From Eukaryota sp. TZLM1-RC (taxonomy: Eukaryota; Protista; Metamonada: BaSk clade), in contig JAUPSS010000005.1 of assembly GCA_040285825.1 (NCBI GenBank), positions 1,488,001 through 1,552,000 of the forward strand: a DNA stretch of 64,000 nt, written 5' to 3'. Of this stretch, positions 46,468 through 56,396 are shown piece after piece. Each line of letters opens with the position of its first letter. Position 1 is the stretch's first letter. Made by a program: the position numbers and the translations under genes. A model generated the notes under the pieces. That model did no database searches, was not told the origin of the DNA, and was given only the letters and a program-made list of their open reading frames with translations.

Positions 46468-47874
46468 ATGTCAACTACACCAACCCGACCATTGCCTCTT
46501 CCAGATCAGTCAGCTTTTGACAATGCAGAGGACTTCTTCTTGAAGGAAGAACTATCGCCTCTTGTTCGAGATCCACCACCTCTCAAATCCCCTTGCCCCA
46601 GCGCTCGAGTCAATCGATCTCTTTACTCCCCTACGCCACGAGCTGTCCACGCTGAACCTGCCAACATTGTTTCTTTCTCTGAGTTCTCCTCCATTCAGCC
46701 CATCGGCCAAGGTTCGTTTGGGGAAGTTTTCAAAGCCAAATCTCCCATAGACGGTAAGTTCTACGCCATCAAGAAGCTTCACCCCTACAAAGGAATCAAG
46801 GATCGGGAGCGACGACTCCGTGAAATTCTAACTGTCAAGAGCCTTGGTAACCATCCTCATATCATTCAATACATTGATGGTTGGGAGGAGAGTGGGTGCT
46901 TGCACATTCAAACAGAACTGTGTCCTCTTGGTAATCTGGCTAATCTTTTACAGCAAAGCCCTCTTGAAGAGTTTACAATTTGGAATTTTTTATTGGACAT
47001 TACTTTAGGAATTAAACATTTGCATGATTCACACATACTCCATCTTGATATTAAACCAGGTAATATATTCATAACAAAGACCGAAAATGGTACTTTTGAG
47101 CTCAAACTGGGTGACTTTGGAATGGCGATAAACGAGCAGCAGGTGAAAAGTCAATGGACTTCTGGAGACGAAGGCGATGCTGCTTACGTGGCACCTGAAA
47201 TTTTGTCATATACTAGAACTTCCAAACGTTCAGTTGCCCGCCCTGCTGACTGTTTTTCCCTTGGATGTACGCTTTTCGAAATGTGCGCTCACCTCTCCCT
47301 CCCTCCCTCAGGTCCAATGTGGCAAATGTTGAGGAGTGGAGAAGTGGAGCTATCCCCCCATTTGGGAAAGCATTGGTATGGAAGGAGCGAAGGGTTGAGG
47401 TCATTGACGCAGAGCTTGTTGTACCCTGAACCAATAGCAAGGCCAACAGTTGATGATGTTTTGGAGATGGAAAAGATAAAGGAGTTGCTAGTTGAACGTT
47501 ATGATGATCCCTGTCCTTTTCCAAGAAGGGAAGGCTTACGTCACCAATCACATCATCATCGACACGTGGCATCACGAGGCAGTAGTGTTACAGATCTGTT
47601 TACTTGTTCTGTCGGCTCCAGTTTTTCATTATACGATCCTGCGCAAGATGACGAGTGGTTAATGTCATCAGAACCTACGAGAATGTCAAAAAAGTCAGTT
47701 GACGTCTTTGGAAAAAAGGAAAAACGACTATCAGAACTCAGACGACCCAGTTTTTTATCAATCAATTCTGATTGCCTTCCATTCAATTCAGAGGATTTCT
47801 GTGTTGAAATTCGAAATATTGATACACCGCCACCTTTATTGTTCGATAGTGAAGAAGATTCTGTTTTGCATTAG
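46468..47874 (+). CDS. Wee1/Myt1-family protein kinase
   Basis: IGQGSFGEVFK, YAIKK, HLDIKPGNIF, KLGDFG, EGDAAYVAPE, LPPSGPMWQMLRSG. Confidence 0.9.
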   Translation: MSTTPTRPLPLPDQSAFDNAEDFFLKEELSPLVRDPPPLKSPCPSARVNRSLYSPTPRAVHAEPANIVSFSEFSSIQPIGQGSFGEVFKAKSPIDGKFYAIKKLHPYKGIKDRERRLREILTVKSLGNHPHIIQYIDGWEESGCLHIQTELCPLGNLANLLQQSPLEEFTIWNFLLDITLGIKHLHDSHILHLDIKPGNIFITKTENGTFELKLGDFGMAINEQQVKSQWTSGDEGDAAYVAPEILSYTRTSKRSVARPADCFSLGCTLFEMCAHLSLPPSGPMWQMLRSGEVELSPHLGKHWYGRSEGLRSLTQSLLYPEPIARPTVDDVLEMEKIKELLVERYDDPCPFPRREGLRHQSHHHRHVASRGSSVTDLFTCSVGSSFSLYDPAQDDEWLMSSEPTRMSKKSVDVFGKKEKRLSELRRPSFLSINSDCLPFNSEDFCVEIRNIDTPPPLLFDSEEDSVLH

Positions 47875-48076
47875 TTTATTTCATATTTTTAATATGAATA
47901 CCTGTTTATTTCGATTCAATTGTTTTACAACAAGATCAGTATAATTTTATTTATTGTTTAAACAACAAATTGGGTTTTTGTTAATTTAAAAAGTTAGAAG
48001 AAAACACAAAATATTATACAAGTATTAATGAATAAATAACGTTTTTAAAACTAAATTCAAATATATTACAACTTCA

Positions 48077-48919
48077 TCATTTCTTCCTAAAAATTCGAGT
48101 ATTTTTTAAAAATTCCGCCAAGGAAACAAAACCACCGCCACTACGAACTAATACTCGTTCACTGGTTTTCGGAGAATTTCTCTTCACAATCAGATGAATT
48201 TTTCTATCAGACAGATAATAACCATCTTTGCGAGAAATTAATGGAAATTCAAGAGAATTCTCCTTGAAAGCAGTTGAAAGTCTTCGGATTTCCTGCCTTA
48301 TCACGTCATCATCTGATATCTCGTTATCATGAGAGTTAATCACGTCATCATTTTGATCTTGATTTTGATCTTCCCCCATTTGATTTCCCATCGTATCCTG
48401 TTCCACACCAAGCAGTTGACTGATAGTATCTGCACACCACGACACAACGTCACCAACACCCCCCAACTCTTTTCCTATCCTGCTCAACGTCTTCATGACG
48501 GCAGTATCATTGGTTGACTTAGTAAGCCAGGATTCCAAAGACTGAACTTGGGAGTGCAGACGAGAGAGGGTAGAGGAACAGTTGGTGAGGAAAGGGAGGG
48601 CTGTTTCGGCATTAACTCGATTAAGTTCATCACGAAACCTGGAGAGTTCAGAGACAGCAGCATCCAGTTGGTTAGAATAAGTACGTATTTCTTCATTTTT
48701 GGTGATTAGTTTTTCACGGAGAAGAGAAACATCGTCGAAAAGCTCGTCACAACGCAGACATTTGGGAGTTTGTGCAAGTTGAAGGGTTTGTTGACGATAG
48801 TGATCCCGTTCCTGAGCAAGAATTCGTAGCTGATCATAATTCTTTTGAAGTTCAAGGATATAGTACTGTTTCTCTTCTGTGAAGTTGATGCAACATTGAC
48901 ATGTACAAGTGAGTGGCAT
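48077..48919 (-). CDS. Coiled-coil protein with C-terminal GAS2/GAR-like domain
   Basis: Heptad-rich N-terminal half; DGYY...VLVRSGGGFVSLAEFL. Confidence 0.7.
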   Translation of the reverse strand: MPLTCTCQCCINFTEEKQYYILELQKNYDQLRILAQERDHYRQQTLQLAQTPKCLRCDELFDDVSLLREKLITKNEEIRTYSNQLDAAVSELSRFRDELNRVNAETALPFLTNCSSTLSRLHSQVQSLESWLTKSTNDTAVMKTLSRIGKELGGVGDVVSWCADTISQLLGVEQDTMGNQMGEDQNQDQNDDVINSHDNEISDDDVIRQEIRRLSTAFKENSLEFPLISRKDGYYLSDRKIHLIVKRNSPKTSERVLVRSGGGFVSLAEFLKNTRIFRKK

Positions 48920-48988
48920 TGATAGTGAAGAATGTGGCTGAGGATGCGTTATAAGATTCGAAAAATGAGAAATAAGTTGCTTATACTA

Positions 48989-49261
48989 CTGTGAATTTCA
49001 CTTATCATGCATTCCCCTGTGAAATTCACTCCTGTTTTCAACTTTCTCAATGTCTACTCACAGGCTGTAAGAGACATGTAGCATCATTTGACAAAGACAA
49101 TCATGATCTTCATCAATGGGCTACCTCACTTAAATACACCTACTGCATTCACAGAACAAAGCCTCGCGACTTGATGTATCTAAGTGGATCTACCAAATGC
49201 TACTAAGGTATTTGTAGATCGGTCTCAAAAGTTTTTGTTTCTGTATGCTCACGTTCCCTAT
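48989..49261 (-). ncRNA. Candidate omegaRNA scaffold of Fanzor E with duplicated terminal repeat
   Basis: Stems GATCTAC/CAAATGC...GTATTTG/TAGATC (49187-49220), GTAGCAT...ATGCTAC and ATGTCT...AGACAT. Internal CTGTGAAT (49147-49154) is complementary to the terminal ATTCACAG. Confidence 0.7.
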
Positions 49262-51223
49262 TCATCTCCTCAGCAGAGCATCTGGGCAAATGTATCTTTC
49301 CGGCCACAATTCCGCTTTCTTCTTAATTTGAATATTTTTTGCAGCGGAAATATCTCTGTCATATACTATTTGACACTCAGTACAAATACGCATCTGCCAT
49401 GAGCCTGCTTGAATATTCTCGGCCATGCAACAACTTGACATTTTGCTTGTATTAAATTCACTGGTTGACAAGTGCTTCACGTCCTTTTGATAACACAACC
49501 ATTTTCTGAAAGCCCTTGCTGATCCATATCGATTGACTTTTCGGCAATGAGAAGGGAAATTAGCAGAACCCACAGCAAGATAGAGTTTTTCAGGATGTCC
49601 AGCCAGACTTTGAAATTTGTTGAGACTCTCTCTGAACCGTCTCTCTTTTCGTCTGCGGTTATCAAATTTAATTATTTTCCATTTCTGGCGATTACTTTCC
49701 AAATACACTTTCCTCCTGACCAAATTCCAATGGTTCAAATATTGGTTGAAATTTTGAACGGAATATTGGTTGGGAGAGTGTTTACTGGGTGAAGGTTTTG
49801 TCCTGTACCTCCTGCCAGTTGGACAAGGAATAACTCCACATTGATTATCATTTAAGAAGTAACCACATAATCTTGATTGGCCAAGATCAACGCCGATAAG
49901 GGGCCTTTCAGGTAAAATTTCGACTGGATGTCTACGTCTTCGACGGGGCATTTTTTTAGTACCCTTCAACTGTGTTTCTCTGGTTTTGTTGGCATTAGGG
50001 TCACTTTTCATTTCATTTTTTGATCTTCGTTTCTTTTTCGGTGGTTCATCCAGCTCATCTGTGTTTTCTGAGTCATTATTTTTACCTTCAAAGGTCAAAA
50101 GCAGTTCATTACCATTAGTTTTCAATAAAATTTTGTTAAATCTATTTTTCAAACTTTTTTTCTGTTGATATTGAATTTTTGGTAAGGACATTGTTTGAAT
50201 ACTCGTTTCAGACATGTATTTTTGATAAACTTTGTTTTGGAAGATGATCCTTCAATAATTGGAAATTTTTTTCACAGAGTGGAAAATTTGTGAAGGTACC
50301 TCAATAAATTTAGAACCTTTATGAGAAGCTAAAGGTATTATTCTAAATTTCTTCCAGCAATGCATATGAGAAAAGAAAGTGAGTAAGTATTTTGAAATTT
50401 TAAGATTGAAGAGAAAAAGCTCACTAATTTCCTTTGATGAAAAAGTGATTTTTATCATGTGAGGACAGTAGGGAGGCAGTGGTAGGAAATATTTGAAAGA
50501 GATTCAAGATAAACCTACATGCATTCAATAAAAAAAATCTTTCTCTTGAATTATTCAAATTGAAATTGATGAGGTATTCAAGAACAGAATCAACTACTAC
50601 TTCCTCGGGTTGGGCTAGTAGTTCATCTGGCAAAAAGTGAAAGAATATTATTTGCAAAGACATTTGTTTTTATTCAGGGCTCTACAATGAGCACGAATAA
50701 AGTTTTTTGTCCAGGATTGACAAATTTTGGGTAAACATGTCTTAACGTTGGAGGCCAATTGACGAGCACGACAGGCAAGATAAGAAGAAAGCCCTTTTCT
50801 ATTGATAAAATTACAGTTCTGGGACTGCAGCCAATCATTGAGGAAAAGATTGAATGAATTTCTGTAAGGCACTAAAGAATTTTCCCACACAGAAACAAGA
50901 GGCCTGTCTTGTGGGCATTCAGGAAGAAATCCATTGTAAAAGATATGGAGTAATTGGCGTTGGCCTTTAGATGTGGAAGGCTTTGGAAAAGAACCAGTGG
51001 TGATGACGGTCATAAACAGATACCATACATCCTGTTCCACTAAAGCTCTTGATGCCAACGGAAAATTTAGAAGAAAAGATTGAAGTAATAAAGACGCTTC
51101 ATGACAAATCTCGGTGACCACAGGAAGGTCAGTCCGAATTTGTTGCACCGCTGCATGGGTCAGCAGCGAGTTAAGTGCACAAGACCGAGTGAATACACGT
51201 GACACAGAGTGGGTGTCTGTCAT
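49262..51223 (-). CDS. Fanzor RNA-guided endonuclease E (~652 aa after 4-5 homopolymer indel corrections; possibly a young pseudogene)
   Basis: N-terminus FTRSCALNSLL (cf. D WTRACSLHQFF); NLS-like PPKKKRR and PRRRRR; RuvC-I IGVDLG; AVGSANF; RuvC-II SEFNTSK; SCC...CTEC; RuvC-III YDRDISAAKNI. Confidence 0.85.
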
Positions 51224-51799
51224 GTAGTGAGAATAAAGAGCTCATCTATCAAATTTTACACTTGTCACCCATTTTCGACTTCTGGTTGCCTATTCTGGGA
51301 GGTTTTTAACCCTCAACTTGGTTTTGGGAGGTTTTCACTATTCCCACACTTTCCCACACTTTCCATTTACTTTGTAAGAATTCTCCAACTGAGTAGTTCA
51401 GCATCTCAGTTCATTTTATCCACGTCCTCCATCAATCTCAACAGGTTACCACTGTTTGACGTTTTGTGTTATTAGCCGATGTCTAAACTCAATTCTTTAC
51501 AAACCAAGGTGATTCAGCTTAAACACACAATCACTACTTATCAAAACTACTGCAAATCACATAATCTTCCTCTTCCACAAGTAAGTGATGTATTTTGCTT
51601 ATACTAAGATGAATAAACACAACACATTCAGCTAATGTGTGTGTTCAATTTAATTTCTACCACAGAACACAATATAAATGAGTGGGAAATTCATATCATG
51701 GAATGAATTGAAAGCACATGTTGTCACATCACTTGTTGTTAATGTCTGTTCAATTTGTTAATTTTTGGCAAAACTGTCTCATGAATTTCCAAGAGCAAT

Positions 51800-51871
51800 T
51801 CGGTCATAGTATAGTGGTGAGTATCCCCGCCTGTCACGCGGGAGGCCGCGGTTCGATTCCCCGTGACCGAG
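51800..51871 (+). tRNA. tRNA-Asp(GTC)
   Basis: Acceptor stem TCGGTCA/TGACCGA, anticodon arm CCCGC-CTGTCAC-GCGGG, GGTTCGATTCC T-loop, downstream T5 Pol III terminator. Confidence 0.95.
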
Positions 51872-52559
51872 AAACTTTTTAATATATTTCATCATCATAC
51901 GATTGGGTCCGCAAAAATACTATTACTATATAATGTTCCCACCAGTAGTCAACAGTAATTATTGCATTGTCGACAATGAATTAATGCAATCATAGCAATA
52001 ATTGGAGTAATTTCCGATAATGAAATAAGAAATAATATAGAGTTAAATAAAATGTTTAGAATTACTGTAATACATCTAGCTATTCGTTTTCAAAACTAAC
52101 TGTTGGTTGTTCATGTCGGAATGGGTCGGGCTATTTCCTTACAGAAAGTACACAAACCTTCATGATGAAAGTTGAACTTCAATAACAGCTCCATCTCCAA
52201 TTTTCAATGTCAAACCATGGCGAATAAAGTTTCAGAGCTCTAGTCCTTGAAAAAAGGACACGAGTTTCGACTAGAGAAACAGTAAGATGAGAAAACAGAT
52301 TTCCAAATTTGTTTGCATTTTAGCAATAATTACATTATTACAATTGTACCAATACAAATCGCAAAAATGATAACTCAAAAATAAAGTAATTGTAGAGCCA
52401 ACATTATAAACCATAAATTCATTTAAACTATATGTATTTGACAGAAGTTGACCATTTCATCTGCTCTATTCCAAATATTAAAATACAAATAGCAATTCTG
52501 AACTTTATTGAAAATAAATAGGGAAACGGATACTACTAATTTGATCTCTAATAGGCAAT

Positions 52560-52955
52560 TCGGATCACCAATTCAAGCTTCTTTCGCTTTGACCTTGTCA
52601 TCTATTCACACAAAACGATTCCCAACCCAGCTGATTCGTTTGTTATCGAGAAGATCAAGGAAGGAATGAGAGCGCGAAAAGTTGCGAATGATTACTGACA
52701 AAAACTGGGCTGAATCTGGAATGCTCAAAAAACCTGGTAAGCAATATTTTTTAAACTTAGCAGCAACAACTATGAAAAAAGTCAACAAAATCCGAAAGAT
52801 GACGGTTTGGCATACGCAAAAGTCGCCATGATTTTGTGGACTTGCACTCATTACTACGGATCGTTGGGAAGTTTGTCAACTGTCGTCTGTGTTGCAAAAC
52901 ATTGTTCGATTACACAAAGACCACTTTGAAGGTAAACCAGTAGAAAATAAGTTAA
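52560..52955 (+). mobile_element. Relic resembling the C-terminus of pogo/DDE_1-type transposases
   Basis: Frameshifted NWAESGMLKKPGKQYFLNLAA...DDGLAYA..AMI...RWEVCQLSSVLQNIVRLHKDHFEGKPV. Family assignment is from memory of similar sequences. Confidence 0.4.
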
Positions 52956-52984
52956 TTGGCTATAAGTTGAGCAATAAATTAGTT

Positions 52985-53548
52985 TATAATGTCGGTGACA
53001 TTAATTTGGGTTAGTCACTTTCTCTGAATAATTTTGGTTCTGATGATAGAGGTGATGTATACTGTAATTGGATTGATAATTCTGAAGCTATTGTTGACTT
53101 TGGCTCATGTAATGTTGCAAATGATACTTTGGTTCACAGAAGAAAACTTAATCCTGTGACTGCTCTTGATTTTAAAGCAAAGGAGAAACATAGGAAATAT
53201 GATAAAGATATTGAAGAGGCTAATGCCGATAGAAATACACAGCTGGTTTTTATTGCTTTCCCATTTTCGATAAATAAAAGATTATCAGATGAAGCAGAAA
53301 CTTTTTTGAATGACTTCCAAACAATGGTTCAAGAATAAACAATGAAAAGATTTGATATTTTTTTATGGCGTTCACGGCTTCAATTTGCCATTATTAATAG
53401 ATCACCTCGGTTTTTCAATCGTATAAGAGAAGCTTTAGCTAGACAGCAAGCCGATCAAGATTTTGTAGAGGAAATCTTGGTTCAATGATAGTCATCCCAT
53501 TAGTTATGAGTTAATTTAATTAAGTGTGCAAATTCTATAAATAAAAAC
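52985..53548 (+). mobile_element. 3' fragment of RLE retrotransposon (EILVQ* subfamily)
   Basis: DRGDVYC, IVDF, KAKEKHRKY, FIAFPFSI; homologous to 55800-56320 and 37030-37300. Confidence 0.85.
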
Positions 53549-53549
53549 T

Positions 53550-55097
53550 CAGGACAAAATTGGTTTCACAAAGACAATTTCGAATGGTCATTGGACACAA
53601 TTATTCTCACTCAGACTAATTTTTCAATGAGACTAATTCGGCAGTGAGACTAATTACTGCCAACAGTGTATGACTCCAATGAATGATACAATATGATCAG
53701 GGTAGACTAAAATGATATCCTCACGCACCCGCTGTTCTTTATATTCAGCTTCGACATAGTTTCACATAAATAGCATCTTGCTACACACATCTACTAGAGT
53801 ACCCGTTGAAACATTAAGGTAAGATTTCAGCACACTGTGAACTGATTCTACCGTTGAAGTGGCACGTTTTCCAAGATTGAATGTATCAATGAAATGGCAG
53901 CCCAAAAACTTAATACCATACATACTTATAAAATCATCCAGATATTCGACAAGAGAAGGAAGCAATTCGAACTCCTCTCTTATCTCATTCGTGTTGACAA
54001 CCAAAATGGATTCTTCATCTGCGTAACACACTTCTTGCCAAAGCAAACGGGCCTTCTCTTCCAATGAGTTATCACGTATAAACCTTCTCAATTGAGTTTC
54101 AACATTTTTGTTGTTATGTCAGAGACAAAGTCGGTGTTTGACAGATGGAAAAATTGTCCCGATTGCAGTCCCCAATGCTGGTTCGCGATCTGTTAAGTAG
54201 TTTTTGTGTGGGACAGTGATGGAAATAAATGTTTTAAAGTCGCTAGTGCCCAAATGTAATCCTGTTCTGATTCCCGCGAAAGAAAAATAAAAGCAAGCGG
54301 GATTGACGTCATAAAAGATGGAAGAGTCATTACAACCATAAAGGCAAACCATATTGGTTAGTTTTATAAATGAAATCCATCATCAGCACATAAGGATTGG
54401 AATTGACAATGTCTGCCAATGGTTTAAAGGACATCATGCAGTTACGTAAGCTACCATGGTCGTCAGTATGAATCAGAGTTCTGACTGAAATCAAAGACTC
54501 ATTCTTGAGGTGGTCGACCATTGCCTTCATTGTAGGCAAATGTACCTTTTGATTGTTCATTAAAGAAGCTTTCATGTTGGAAATGTCAATACGTTTTAGG
54601 GGACACTTTAGATCTAATGTTATGAGTCAATCAAGAACAGCACGTGGTTCACAATACGCTAGCATTAGAGTTTCAATCCTGTCCTTAAAAAGATCTTTTT
54701 AGTATTGCCGAAAACTTCTGCTTGCGGACAAACAATTATAGGACCTATTATTGTGGGACGTATTTTGGCTGACAACCTGCCATTCAGATTCGGTGTGCGT
54801 GACTCAAAAAACTAAAGTTCCAACCCATTTTCCTCGTTTTACTTCCGTCTTTTTCACATCTTGGACTGTCTCCCTTTTCACATATAAACTGAAAGGTGTA
54901 TTCTGAAGAATAACCGATGATAATGGCATAACCTGCTGCGAAGCGTCTTTCATAAAATGAATTTGTTAAATAAATAAATTTATGGTACGTACGGTGGTAC
55001 ATTAATGTAGAGTCCTATTGTATTGCATTAATTGGCAACATAATTAGTGCAAAAGTATTGTCACAAATAATTAGATGTAAAATGTCCCACATTCCTG
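53550..55097 (-). mobile_element. Degenerate MULE (FAR1/Hop-like) transposase element
   Basis: VLMMDFIYKTNQYGLPL, LTDREPAL..AI..IFP..KHRLC, TSTVESVHSVLK; subterminal AGACTAATT repeats. Ends approximate; no TSD found. Confidence 0.82.
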
Positions 55098-55349
55098 ATT
55101 ATGCTTATCTCAGTCCATCATATGTTGGTTTAGGTTGGACAAAAACCTCAATTGTTACTTCGTGTGCTTTGATCGATGGATGCAGAAGTGCAAGGTTTGA
55201 GTGTTCTGAAAGATTTGCAGATTGGGAAGATTGATTAGTGACAACACAAAGTTTAACTATTTTTGAATTAAATGAAGAAATTTCAAAAATTGATGTAGAA
55301 AAATGGAATCGATGTTTTCCCCATTCATTCAATGGTAATATTCCAGACA

Positions 55350-56322
55350 AGAATTAATTTAATTTAAAATACAGTCTTCGAACATTACAGAAACGACTGA
55401 TTGGAATGTATGAAAATAATCTTGATAATAATATATGCAGCTTGGCTGTTTTAAATCATGATCTTCAGTCATTGTTATTGGAAAAGGGTGTTTGAAACCA
55501 GTCATCAGATTCTTCACTGTTTGTGACCATTGTACCACGAAGATTTGAACTGTGTGCTAGTAATGAAGCGTTTGTAACAAAAATGAGATTATATTTGAAT
55601 AATCCCATTAATCAATTTTTATTAAGAGAAAAATGTATTTGTACTAATTCACCTCAACTCACTTTGCGTCATGCACTGAATTAATCGAAATTAATAACTT
55701 ATCGTTCTTCAATACATGATGCTGTTAGAGACACTGTGTTTAATAGGGCACAAAATGCAAGAATTTCGTGTATCAAAGAGCATCTGCTAAAAAAACACTG
55801 TCATTGAATAATTTTGGTTCCAATGACAGAGGTGATGTATACTGTGATTGGACTGAGAACTCTAAGCTGTTGTTGATTTTGTCTCCTGTAATGTTGCAAA
55901 TGAGACTTTGGTTCAAAGAAGGAAACTTAATCCTGTAAAAGCTCTTGAATTTAAAGCCAGAAAAGACATATAAAATATGATAAAGATATCGAAGAGGCTA
56001 ATGCTGATAGAAACAGACCACTTGTTTTTGTTGCTTTCCCATTTTCTATAAGCGGAAGACTATCAATAGAATCAGGCACTTTATTGAATGACTTCAAAAA
56101 ATAGTTCAAGAAAAAACAATAAAACGATTTGATACTTTTTTATGACACTCTCGAATTCAATTTGCCATAATTAATAGATTACCTCGGTTTTTCAATCGAA
56201 TTAGAGAAGCTTTAGTGAGACAACTAGTAGATCAAGATCATGTAGAGTAAATATTGGTTCAATGAATTTAGTCCCATTAGTTATGAGTTTATTGTGTTCA
56301 GTGTGCAAGTTTGATAAATAGA
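55350..56322 (+). mobile_element. 5'-truncated RLE retrotransposon (EILVQ* subfamily)
   Basis: MRLYL, CIC...HAL, HDAVRD, DRGDVYC, FVAFPFSISGRL; many stops. Confidence 0.85.
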
Positions 56323-56396
56323 CATTAAACACACAAAACAAAGATTTCGCCACTAAGCTAGTTTACATCCTTTTGGCATTGGTATCCTTCTAACCG

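Larger units (their letters stand above)
48989..51594 (-). mobile_element. Fanzor element E (TIR-less, candidate 12-bp TSD TTGCTTATACTA)
   Basis: Direct repeat at 48977-48988 and 51595-51606; 3' terminus CACAG. Confidence 0.6.

Noticed and set aside
51594-51800. tRNA-targeted insertion of element E
   Set aside because: A single instance about 200 bp away; the other Fanzor loci have no tRNA nearby.
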